Origin: Nitrososphaeraceae archaeon
GTDB taxonomy: Archaea > Thermoproteota > Nitrososphaeria > Nitrososphaerales > Nitrososphaeraceae
NCBI GenBank assembly: GCA_035297365.1
Contig: DATGZA010000014.1
Location: 32,001-96,000, forward strand
Direction: 5' to 3'
Length of the DNA: 64,000 nt
This document shows, piece after piece, positions 20,031 through 29,716 of the stretch. Positions within the stretch are counted from its first letter, which is position 1. Each line of letters begins with the position of its first letter. The position numbers and the translations under genes are program-made. The notes below the pieces were generated by a model. That model had not been told where the DNA came from. It searched no databases and saw only the letters and a list, made by a program, of their open reading frames with translations.

Positions 20031-21095
20031 TTGGCCAAAGCATTTATTAATTCGTATACTAAGGCAGGTGTGAACGTAAAAAAAATACGTTCGGCACAAG
20101 AAAACATAGGAAAAATGATTACAGAATCAAATTCTTACCAAAATATTGGGAAAATATTAAGTGGATTTGGTCATTATTCTGGATTAATTAAACTTGGAAA
20201 TAATGTAATAGCGCTCCATACTGATGGAGTGGGTACCAAAGTACTCATATGCCAAAAAATGAATTGTTTTGACACAATAGGAATAGATTGTATTGCAATG
20301 AATGTTAATGATATTATTTGTACAGGAGCTGAACCATTTGCATTTGTTGACTACATTGCACTAAAATCTGCAAACGAAAAATTACTCAAAAAACTACTAA
20401 AAGGATTAGTTAGTGGAGCTAAGGTTTCAAGAGTTGCGATCGTGGGGGGTGAAACTGCAGTAGTTCCAGAGTTATTATCTGGAGAATCAAATGATGCATT
20501 TGACCTTGCTGGAACTGCCATAGGATTAACTGCTCCAGATAGATTAATTTTAGGCAATAAGATACGAACTGGAGATGTGATATTAGGGATAGAAAGCAAT
20601 GGATTACATTCAAATGGTTTTACACTGGCAAGGAAAGTATTATCAAAATATTCGATAGATGACATTCCAAGATTCTTAACAAAACCAATTGGAGAAGAAT
20701 TACTGTCTCCAACTAGAATTTATGTTAGACCTATAATGGAATTGATAAAAGATAAAAAGATATCTGTCCATGGTCTTGCACACATAACAGGAGGATCCTT
20801 TACAAAATTAAAAAGATTAAATAACAAAGTAAGATTTAACCTTTCAAAACTTCCCAAGATTGAGGGAATTTTTAAACAGATTCAAAGTGATGGAAAAATT
20901 GATGTGAAAGAAATGTATAGAACTTTCAATATGGGGATAGGATTCTGTTTGATTATGTCCAAGAATTCTGTAGATAAGACTACAAGCATAGTTGAAAAAC
21001 ACAAGATGAGGATATTTGATATTGGAGAAATCGATTCTAGTGTAATAGGTAATGTAGTTGGAAAGATAAATGGAAAGAAATATATCTTTGCATAG
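20031..21095 (+). CDS. purM: phosphoribosylformylglycinamidine cyclo-ligase
   Basis: DGVGTK, GGETA, SNGLHSNG, AHITGG, TFNMGIG. Confidence 0.97.
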   Translation: MAKAFINSYTKAGVNVKKIRSAQENIGKMITESNSYQNIGKILSGFGHYSGLIKLGNNVIALHTDGVGTKVLICQKMNCFDTIGIDCIAMNVNDIICTGAEPFAFVDYIALKSANEKLLKKLLKGLVSGAKVSRVAIVGGETAVVPELLSGESNDAFDLAGTAIGLTAPDRLILGNKIRTGDVILGIESNGLHSNGFTLARKVLSKYSIDDIPRFLTKPIGEELLSPTRIYVRPIMELIKDKKISVHGLAHITGGSFTKLKRLNNKVRFNLSKLPKIEGIFKQIQSDGKIDVKEMYRTFNMGIGFCLIMSKNSVDKTTSIVEKHKMRIFDIGEIDSSVIGNVVGKINGKKYIFA

Positions 21096-21212
21096 CTTTA
21101 CGTTCCTAATGATTCGACACATTACATTAATCAACCACACCAATTTATTCTTAAAAATCATTAAGATATAACTAAAAATATATAGATATATTATAACGGG
21201 TATTTGACAATA

Positions 21213-22820
21213 TCAAATATATTTTTCTATAATTTCACACGTCCTATCCAATCCCAAATCAACAAGATAATTTCCTAGTTTGGGACCTCGATCGGAATTT
21301 ATCAACATCCGATAGAGTAACTTGAAGAAAACACGTGGTTCAATCTCATGCTTTTTTGATATCTCAAAAATGATGGTTTGTATGTCGTTTGACAGATTTT
21401 CGCTTTCTTTTCCGATTAGATTCTTAAATCTGTTAACTAATTCCATCACAGCATTCTTTTCTTTTTGTTCGATGGAAATTTCGAAAGCATTTTCTGAAAT
21501 CAAGTCATCAGCCCAATTTGAGGCAAGACTTATTTTATTTATTAAATCATCTGTTTTTTCTTCTACTAGTCCATATTTTTTAAGCCTTGAAAAGATATTA
21601 TCAGATCGTCCTTCATCGGTAAAAAGAGATGCCTGCTGCACTAATATCCTGTACGGAATATGTTTAAGACTATTATAAGGAGGATTAAGCTTATTAACAT
21701 ATTCATAAATTCCTTTTAATTTAATCTTTTTAGAATTATTATTTTCCTTAATTTTGTCAAAATAAATATCCTCATAATAATCATATTCGTCCATAAGTGT
21801 TGGAATGTCATCTAATCCGATATGTCTAGTTCCTGAAATCCTCTTAAATAATAATAATAGAATAGACGCCGGCGTACCATATTTCAACCACATTTGAGGA
21901 GTTAAAACATTACCAGTTGATTTACTAATTTTTTTACCTCCCTTATCCAAAAACATCTCATATTTTACGTGCAGTGGATGTGGAAAATTCAATAGCGAAG
22001 TAGATACCCAGTCATTTACCCGTACCGAATCCATAATATCCTTACCGTACGCCTCAAACCGTATATCCAATGCTTTCCATCTTGCTGCAAATTCAACTTT
22101 CCAAGCTAGTTTTCCTTCGCCTTTGGAAATATCAGATTCTCCTTTATGCCCACATCCCAATATTTCTTTTGTTCCAATTTTACTACCAGAACAAGAATAA
22201 AGTACTCTGTGTTCATTGGACAAATATTTTTCAGCACGTGCAACATACAATCTCCCACAATTATTACATACTGGAAAATAAGGTAACACGTCAATATATT
22301 TATCTTGACCTACAAGATCGGATATTTTTTTTCCCAGTAGTTCATTGTTACTGAGAATACAATCAATTTCTCTCGAAAGAATACCACTTTTATACACATC
22401 TGAGGCGCTTTTATAATTAAATTTGATACCTACTTTATCTAGACTGTCTAAAAGAAGACTACTCATGTGTTCACCATATGACTTGTGGCAATTCCCAAAC
22501 GGATCAGGAATTGTTGAAACAGGCTTTGCAATATAATCATCAAGCCAAAGTGGGAAACCGGTTGGAATCTTTCTTAATCCATCCATATCATCTGAATATG
22601 TTATTAATTCAGATTTAAAACCAAGATTGTTTAATGCCAAACCGATCCCGTAGGCACGTACTGCGTCACCCATACTTCCAATATGGGGGGTTCCGGATGC
22701 CCCAAGTCCACTTTCTACTTTTATTAGATCTAAACTCCTTCCCAATTTTTTTTCTCTAATAATTAGCGATTTAGCTACCTTGTCTAACCACGTTCCTTTT
22801 CCTATAACTTTATCTTTCAT
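21213..22820 (-). CDS. lysS: class I lysyl-tRNA synthetase
   Basis: GASGTPHIGS (HIGH-like), KLAWKVEF, KISKS. Confidence 0.96.
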   Translation of the reverse strand: MKDKVIGKGTWLDKVAKSLIIREKKLGRSLDLIKVESGLGASGTPHIGSMGDAVRAYGIGLALNNLGFKSELITYSDDMDGLRKIPTGFPLWLDDYIAKPVSTIPDPFGNCHKSYGEHMSSLLLDSLDKVGIKFNYKSASDVYKSGILSREIDCILSNNELLGKKISDLVGQDKYIDVLPYFPVCNNCGRLYVARAEKYLSNEHRVLYSCSGSKIGTKEILGCGHKGESDISKGEGKLAWKVEFAARWKALDIRFEAYGKDIMDSVRVNDWVSTSLLNFPHPLHVKYEMFLDKGGKKISKSTGNVLTPQMWLKYGTPASILLLLFKRISGTRHIGLDDIPTLMDEYDYYEDIYFDKIKENNNSKKIKLKGIYEYVNKLNPPYNSLKHIPYRILVQQASLFTDEGRSDNIFSRLKKYGLVEEKTDDLINKISLASNWADDLISENAFEISIEQKEKNAVMELVNRFKNLIGKESENLSNDIQTIIFEISKKHEIEPRVFFKLLYRMLINSDRGPKLGNYLVDLGLDRTCEIIEKYI

Positions 22821-23202
22821 TTATAACGCCTCCATAAAGTCTATACGATATAGAACCTGCAAATAATTTTTATATTAACACTATAGTAATTATTTGATTT
22901 CTTCATTAATTTCATAGTGTAGTAGAGAGTATAAAGTTGTTATTCAAACGGATAGCAGATTGTTAAGTTATATTAAGAAAGATCTATTGCTATGTATGTT
23001 CTATTCTAATTTATGGTAATAATTACTTTTAAAAGAACCAGAAGCTTCACCATCGTCTAAATGAATCCTACGTGTTTATATTTTATCATATTTATACCAA
23101 AAATTCGATGAGTATATAAGAATACATCGTTTAATTAACAAGTACTATAAAAAATGTGATTAGAATCTGTTTATTAACTCTAGTATAACAAATAGAAATA
23201 GT

Positions 23203-24801
23203 TTACATTAAAATTTTAGTAACATATGGACCATTTTGAATATAGCCTATTTTTTTATAATATTCTCTTGTTCCTACTGCACTTATAACTGAGATTTTAT
23301 TTACGCAAAATTCTTCTTTTGATATTTTTTCAGCTTCTTGCATTAATCTCAAACCTAAACCTTTGTGTTGATAATATCCATTTTCATTTCTCTGACCAAT
23401 ATCTATTAACTTCCCATAAACATGTAATTCTCTTACTACAGCAGTGGCTTTCAATGGAAGAGAATTATCCTGCAATTCTTTCCTTCTAGGATTAAGTATA
23501 TTTCTTAGTCGCAAAAAACCAAAAATTATTTTATTATCTTTACTTTCCATAGATAAGAATACTTCTTTTCCTCCTGAAGCAAAAAAGTCTATTCTACTCA
23601 ATTTAATATCTTGACAAGATTCGAACATATTTCTTGTCATCATTGGTTCTCTACATCTTATACATTTACAAAACATACCCTCGTCTTTTAATTTTTTAAG
23701 AACAATTTGACGAATATTTCCCCTTCTATTATCATTTACAATATCTGCAGGTTCTATTTCTCTTTGAATTCTCATAATTCGAACCCATGGAGGAATATTC
23801 TTCTTGACTTCCATCAAGATATTTACAATATCATTTTCAGAATAAGGAGAATATTTTCCGCTTTTATATAACTTATATAATCCGGTTCCTTGAAGAACAA
23901 GAGTGGGATAAATTTTTAACATGTCGGGTTTAAAATCAGGATTCTCAAATAGCATCTTAATATTATCTATATCTTTTTCAGGCGTTGAACCAGGTAATCC
24001 TGGCATCATATGACCTACGATTTTATATCCAGCGTCTCTCGATAATTTAAAAGATTCTCTGACATCTAAAAGAGTATGGCCTCTATTTACTAATCGATAG
24101 ACATTATCATCTAAAGCCTGAATTCCTATTTCAACTCTAGTTACTCCCAGTTCTAACATTAAATCTATTTGTTTCTCTTTGCAATAATCAGGTTTAGTTT
24201 CAACAGTAAAGCCTACACATCGATTTTTGGCATGTTCATTAGTTTTTAATGCATTTTCTAATGTAGATGATGGGCAATCGTTTAGAGCATCGTAACATGA
24301 TTTAACAAAATCCTTTTGATATATTTCTGGCATAAATGGAAATGTTCCACCAACTATAACCAATTCAATTTTGCTAATATTGTGACCACGTCTATAAAGT
24401 TGTTCTAATTTTGATTTGACCTGCAAATAGGGATCAAAATCTACGGATTGTGCTATTCGTGTTGCTGGTTCTGTCCCAACATAACTCATGGGAGTATTAT
24501 AATCTACTCCACCAGGACAATATATACATCTGCCATGTGGACAATCATACGGTTTAGGCATCACTGTAATTACTGCGATACCTGATGCAGTTTTAGTAGG
24601 TTTAACAAGTAGAATATCCCTATAACGGTCGTTTGTAGGTAAATAAGATAGTATATCTTCATTCTTCGGAATGATAGAAAGCTTAAATTTAGACGATGCT
24701 GATTTTATTATTTTAAAAATATCTTTTGTAGATAGATCTTTTCTAAGTTGCAATTCTCGTGCTATATACTCACAAGCTTCAAAATAATTATCATATTTCA
24801 A
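23203..24801 (-). CDS. elp3: Elp3 tRNA uridine(34) carboxymethyltransferase (radical SAM + GNAT)
   Basis: CPHGRCIYCPGG, LKIYPT, RELHVYG, QHKGLG, ISAVGTREYY. Confidence 0.95.
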   Translation of the reverse strand: MKYDNYFEACEYIARELQLRKDLSTKDIFKIIKSASSKFKLSIIPKNEDILSYLPTNDRYRDILLVKPTKTASGIAVITVMPKPYDCPHGRCIYCPGGVDYNTPMSYVGTEPATRIAQSVDFDPYLQVKSKLEQLYRRGHNISKIELVIVGGTFPFMPEIYQKDFVKSCYDALNDCPSSTLENALKTNEHAKNRCVGFTVETKPDYCKEKQIDLMLELGVTRVEIGIQALDDNVYRLVNRGHTLLDVRESFKLSRDAGYKIVGHMMPGLPGSTPEKDIDNIKMLFENPDFKPDMLKIYPTLVLQGTGLYKLYKSGKYSPYSENDIVNILMEVKKNIPPWVRIMRIQREIEPADIVNDNRRGNIRQIVLKKLKDEGMFCKCIRCREPMMTRNMFESCQDIKLSRIDFFASGGKEVFLSMESKDNKIIFGFLRLRNILNPRRKELQDNSLPLKATAVVRELHVYGKLIDIGQRNENGYYQHKGLGLRLMQEAEKISKEEFCVNKISVISAVGTREYYKKIGYIQNGPYVTKILM

Positions 24802-25027
24802 TATTCATCACATACTCCAAATCGATAATAAGCTGCTTATATTGCCCGCATAAAATAAACATTAGAAAACAAGTAATATAAAGAGGAAACAACAGTTATT
24901 ATATTATTCATATCATAATAAAAATAGTAATAACATATATTTTAAACGTAATAAAGTGTGTTTAGAGTTTTATTAAAAAGATTCTTTGAAATGAATACTT
25001 ATAAGAAATACGATAGCAGAAGGTATT

Positions 25028-25978
25028 ATGAAGGTTACCATATTTTCTCATGAATCCGATCTGGATGGAATAATCTCCGCATCAATTGGAATGATCCGCT
25101 ATCCACAGGCAAAAATCGTCTTTATGGATTATACCAGAGAAAGTTTCATGAAAATGATCAAGGTAATCGATTTTTCAAATAACTCAAGTGAAAACAATTT
25201 ATATATTATTTCGGATCTTGGTCTTAATGATAATTTAATCAATTCATTAAGGGATATTTTTGACCGGGTTAGAACTAGAGAAAATAAAATAATATGGGTT
25301 GATCATCATCCTTGGTCAGCAAATGCCATAAATGAACTGAAAGAAATAATTGAACTGGTTTTGAACAGTTCGGGTAACAGATGTGCTGCTGAATTAATGT
25401 ATGAACGATTTTTACAAGGAAATGAGAATGCAGAGAAATTGGCAAGTATAGCACATACCATGGATTTCTTTACGAAAGACCAATATCTTACTCCAATATC
25501 AGAACTAATTAAATATTATCTAAGTTTTAATGACTCACACACAAGATTAGGTGAATTGAGTATTAAAATCTCGAAGGGAATATTGTGGGATCTAGATATG
25601 GATAAAGATTACAAAAAATACGTACCTCTATATGAGAAGGAAAAAGAATATGCATTAACAGAACTAATAAGAAAAGATATTATGGATTTAGATGTAGTAT
25701 TTGTAAAATCATCACCTTATTTACAAACCAGCCTATTTGCTCAAGAAATTTTTGATATTACTAGAGCTGATCTAGCTATATTTTACGATAAAAATGGAAA
25801 AATAAGTATTAGACGAAGTAATGAAAAAATTGCATGTAATGAAATAGCAGAAAATCTAATTGATGGTGGTGGACATAAATTTGCTGCAGGTGGAAATATT
25901 AAATCCGGACTATCAAATACGGAAGATCTGATTTCTGAGGTAGAAAAATCTATAATAAAAACATTGGTTAAACAGTAA
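25028..25978 (+). CDS. DHH/DHHA1 phosphoesterase (NrnA-like)
   Basis: HESDLDG, SDLG, DHH, GGGHKFAAG. Confidence 0.9.
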   Translation: MKVTIFSHESDLDGIISASIGMIRYPQAKIVFMDYTRESFMKMIKVIDFSNNSSENNLYIISDLGLNDNLINSLRDIFDRVRTRENKIIWVDHHPWSANAINELKEIIELVLNSSGNRCAAELMYERFLQGNENAEKLASIAHTMDFFTKDQYLTPISELIKYYLSFNDSHTRLGELSIKISKGILWDLDMDKDYKKYVPLYEKEKEYALTELIRKDIMDLDVVFVKSSPYLQTSLFAQEIFDITRADLAIFYDKNGKISIRRSNEKIACNEIAENLIDGGGHKFAAGGNIKSGLSNTEDLISEVEKSIIKTLVKQ

Positions 25979-26013
25979 TAGCAATAACCGAAAAATGGTG
26001 TAAATTTTAAAAT

Positions 26014-26646
26014 TTGTTGATATTAGAGTGTAATAATAAAAAAGATATAACTACATGTATTTCAATCATCAAACAAGGCGCGGTAGTGGTTTTTCCCACC
26101 GATACAGTTTATGGAATTGGATGTGATCCATATAACGAAGAGGCAATTGAAAGGATATTTAGGATTAAGAGAAGAAGTAAAACCAAACCCCTTCCTATAT
26201 TGACTCATAATATAAAATCAGTAAAAAAAATAATCAAACTGGATAAAATTGGGAGTAAGTTGGCTAAAGCATTCTGGCCAGGACAATTAACCATTATAGG
26301 ACATTTAATAGATGATAATATTCCAAAAACTGTTACTGGTGGAAAGAAATCTTTGGGAGTAAGAATTCCAAACAATTCATGTACTCTGGAACTTCTCAAA
26401 GGTTGTAATTTTCTTTTAGGAACTAGTGCAAATATGTCTAACAAAGTTTCGAACGTTTCTGCTCAACAAATCTTGGAATCTGACCTGAAAGGATATGATG
26501 CGATTCTAATTGGAGACAATAATATATTGAAAAGGAATGTTTTAAGCTCTACAATAGTCGATATTACTGAAAATTCCCTTCAAATCATAAGAGAAGGACC
26601 AGTTAAATCGGAAGATATTTACGAAATCATATCTAGTCCAAAGTAG
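26014..26646 (+). CDS. tsaC: threonylcarbamoyl-AMP synthase (single-domain YrdC/TsaC type)
   Basis: FPTDTVYG, KRR...KP, FWPGQLT, GVRIP, TSANMS, SSTIVD. Confidence 0.92.
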   Translation: MLILECNNKKDITTCISIIKQGAVVVFPTDTVYGIGCDPYNEEAIERIFRIKRRSKTKPLPILTHNIKSVKKIIKLDKIGSKLAKAFWPGQLTIIGHLIDDNIPKTVTGGKKSLGVRIPNNSCTLELLKGCNFLLGTSANMSNKVSNVSAQQILESDLKGYDAILIGDNNILKRNVLSSTIVDITENSLQIIREGPVKSEDIYEIISSPK

Positions 26647-27185
26647 TGGATTTCAACCTAATCATCACAACATATAGACATAAAGAAGAAGAAGCTATTG
26701 AAGAAGCGATAACATTATTTGAAATGGCTGGTGATAGGAATGTTGATTTTGTTATAAGTAAAATCTCTGGGATTGTTTTAGGGTATACAAATCTTGATCA
26801 ATTTGAAATTATGTCTAAATTTAGGAAGATATTGATAGATGAGCCCTGGCAATTCAGATATATTCTAAGAATTATACCAATAGAAAGATCTATTAAAACA
26901 GATCTAAAAACAATTCAAAGAGAAATTGAAAATTTAGTCCAGAAAAAAATATCGTTTAATGATACGTACAGAATTACAGTGGAAAAAAGACACACGGAGT
27001 TAAGTACGAATCAAATAATAAATTATATTGCGAAGGAATTGCAGTTTAAGGTTTCCCTGGATAATCCTGATTGGATTATTTTAATACAAGTGATTGGTAA
27101 TTTAACAGGTATTTCAATAATCAAAAAAAATCAAATTTTTAATTCAGTGATAGAAAAAAGGAATATAGGATTGGAATTTGAATAA
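26646..27185 (+). CDS. THUMP domain RNA-binding protein
   Basis: RYILRIIPI, TYRITVEKR, KVSLDNPD; archaeal stand-alone THUMP pattern. Confidence 0.85.
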   Translation: MDFNLIITTYRHKEEEAIEEAITLFEMAGDRNVDFVISKISGIVLGYTNLDQFEIMSKFRKILIDEPWQFRYILRIIPIERSIKTDLKTIQREIENLVQKKISFNDTYRITVEKRHTELSTNQIINYIAKELQFKVSLDNPDWIILIQVIGNLTGISIIKKNQIFNSVIEKRNIGLEFE

Positions 27186-27497
27186 TACAATTTTTCTTGT
27201 GTTTTTTAAACGTTGATGAATATTTTTAACAAATTGCGAGTAAAAACATAATTATAGATCTTTGATAATTTGTTTATCAATTCATTTATAATTTTATTTC
27301 ATCATTTTTATTCTTTATTATCTGGAAAGATATGCGAGTTGATTTTGCCAATCATGCAGATTTAAAAGTATATCGAATCTATTCCATTTGAATTATTGTA
27401 TTTTTAAAATGCTGCGGACAGCATATATAAAAATCTGTTAATAAAGTAATGAAATACATATTTATTGAATTGTCTATTTATTTTGTATTATCAATTT

Positions 27498-28436
27498 ATG
27501 ACTAGGAAAAATCATTTTTTTGCAAAAGATATTGTATCAATCAAAGATTTTTCTAGGGAAGATCTGGAATTTATTTTTCAAGCGACTGACGTAATTAATA
27601 AATCAGGTCCTGATGAAAAAAGCGAATTAGGTAAAGGTAGAACTTTAGGTTATATTTTTTATGAACCTAGTACTAGAACAAGGATGAGTTTTGAAGCAGC
27701 GATGGCATCCCTTGGCGGTAGCTCGATTGGGATTTTTGATTCTAAATTTTCATCGATTGAAAAAGGTGAAAGTCTTGCTGATACTGTAAGAATAATGGAT
27801 TTATATTCAGATATAATAGTTTTAAGACATCCTAGAGACGGTTCAAGCAGATATGCAGCAGAGCTTTCTAATAATCCCATAATCAATGCGGGAAGTGGAA
27901 GCGAAGAACATCCAACACAGGCAATGCTTGATTTATACACCATAAAAAAAGAAAAAGGAAAGATAGATGGTCTAACTATTGGAATAGTAGGTGACTTGAA
28001 ATACGGAAGAACAGTATACTCGTTGTTATATGGATTACAAAATTATAGAGTTAATATTTACCTGATCTCTCCTCCAACACTGAACATAAGAAATGAATCA
28101 ATTTATGAAATTCAGAACAAGATAAAAATAAAACAAGAAAATAATTTAAATGACGTGATTAATAATCTGGATGTTTTATATGTTACCAGAATACAGAAAG
28201 AAAGGTTTCCAGATGTTCAAGAATATGAAAAAGTTAAGGGGACTTATAGAATCGATGAAAAAATCTTGAATAACACAAAGGCAGATTTGTCCATAATGCA
28301 TCCATTGCCAAGATTCGATGAAATATCTCATTCGATTGATGTGTCTCCAAAAGCAATCTATTTCAAACAGGCTGCATATGGTAAAGAGTTGAGAGCGGCG
28401 TTGTTAGCAGTCATATTAAATGAAAATCCGTTTTAG
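27498..28436 (+). CDS. pyrB: aspartate carbamoyltransferase catalytic subunit
   Basis: FYEPSTRT, HPTQ, GDLKYGRT, RIQKER, MHPLPR; ATG at 27498 preferred. Confidence 0.97.
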   Translation: MTRKNHFFAKDIVSIKDFSREDLEFIFQATDVINKSGPDEKSELGKGRTLGYIFYEPSTRTRMSFEAAMASLGGSSIGIFDSKFSSIEKGESLADTVRIMDLYSDIIVLRHPRDGSSRYAAELSNNPIINAGSGSEEHPTQAMLDLYTIKKEKGKIDGLTIGIVGDLKYGRTVYSLLYGLQNYRVNIYLISPPTLNIRNESIYEIQNKIKIKQENNLNDVINNLDVLYVTRIQKERFPDVQEYEKVKGTYRIDEKILNNTKADLSIMHPLPRFDEISHSIDVSPKAIYFKQAAYGKELRAALLAVILNENPF

Positions 28437-28543
28437 ATTTAGATTATACCAATTACTGTAAGTAATCTGACAATATTTTACTGTCAGGTAATACATTTAG
28501 TCACAATAGCTATTAGATGATATAATTAACATGATGCATCACA

Positions 28544-29610
28544 TTGGCTACTATTTGCACAATATCAAAAACACAATTTGAAAAAATATACAGATTTGAA
28601 CACTATACTAATGTATCTGAAAGAACTCCACTTGTTGTAGGATATGATAAACAGGTTCCTGCAGAGGGGGTAAGAGGTCTTCACAGAAATATAACATGGT
28701 TCTTATTGTTTGAAAAGATACCATGAAGAAGGTATAGAAGAAGCAATTCAGGTACAAGTCGGGCAATCTAGCAGAATTACGTGAAATGATTACCAGAGTA
28801 AAAATTGAAAATCCTCTAGTCAACATCTTACAGATCTAATTGTCAAAACGAGTGAAATTAGATATCCTCGCATATACCGTTTGTTTCACGATTTGGGATT
28901 CGAACAGAAGTACGAAAAAAAGTACTTTAATCACTGCATCTAAAAAAGAGAATGAATGTTTTATAAAATAACATAAAGATATACAACAATAATAACCAAA
29001 ACTGAATCACATTAGTATATACTGATAAATCGATAATCCTCATAGACTTTCTTGTAAGAAGAAAATGATAAAATAAGATAAACGACTAATTGTAAGAGTT
29101 AATCGGTCCCATCAAGATTCAGTCTTATCGTCTACCAGCAGTTTGAAAGGAGACCAGCTGTTTAGACAGTACAACTAATCTGATGCCAACACTTTTTCAG
29201 ATTATCTAAAACAGATTCAGGGGAAATTTCCAAAATGTTATCCCTTCTTGCATATGACAAAAGAACTTCCTTACAGATCAAAAAAGTACTGAAATATTTT
29301 GATAAAGATTCAAAGATTTTGATTCATGTAAGTCAGGCGTCATGATGAATATCAATACACCATCTTTCCAAACTTCATGTCTAGATATTCAAACATTTAG
29401 TTATTTTAGTTGAATGGTCCGACATCAACAAGAGATCTGACTTATATGCCAACAACATCTCTTGAATTCATGATAGTTGAGGTAACGCGAAAACCATACA
29501 AAATGATCTTCCCGTTTTAAATTATTACTAATTCTTTACAGATTTTAGAAGTAAAATATCCAAACATATTAGAACAAAATATTTAACCTGAATATGAGAA
29601 ACTACCCGTT
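28544..29610 (+). mobile_element. heavily degraded IS630-family transposase relic (HTH and DDE parts)
   Basis: Fragments across frames: DLIVKTSEIRYPRIYRLFHDLGFEQK, TASKKE, KRLIVRVNRSHQ...QLFRQY...YLKQIQGKFPKCY, LIHV/YMPTTSLEF, FRSKISKHIRTK, LNMRNY. Confidence 0.8.
29331..29442. mobile_element. 112-bp MITE-like insertion with terminal inverted repeats inside the IS630 relic
   Basis: TA-AGTCAG...CTGACT-TA; 15/20 identity over the terminal 20 nt; removing it rejoins LIHV to YMPTTSLEF in frame. Confidence 0.65.
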
Positions 29611-29716
29611 TCAAGGTCCAGAAAACACATACTAAGCGGCAAAGTTTATAGAATGAAACAATTTTATGATTTTTTAAATATAATACATAAAAATTTGGAA
29701 AATGATTAATTGTGTG

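Noticed and set aside
28544-28826. ORFs 28544..28726 (+) and 28608..28826 (-) as independent genes
   Set aside because: They are fragments or shadows of the degraded IS630 transposase
29342-29440. ATGATGA ... CTGA pattern suggesting a box C/D sRNA
   Set aside because: About 100 nt is long for an archaeal C/D guide, no clear C'/D' boxes, and CTGA is part of the terminal inverted repeat
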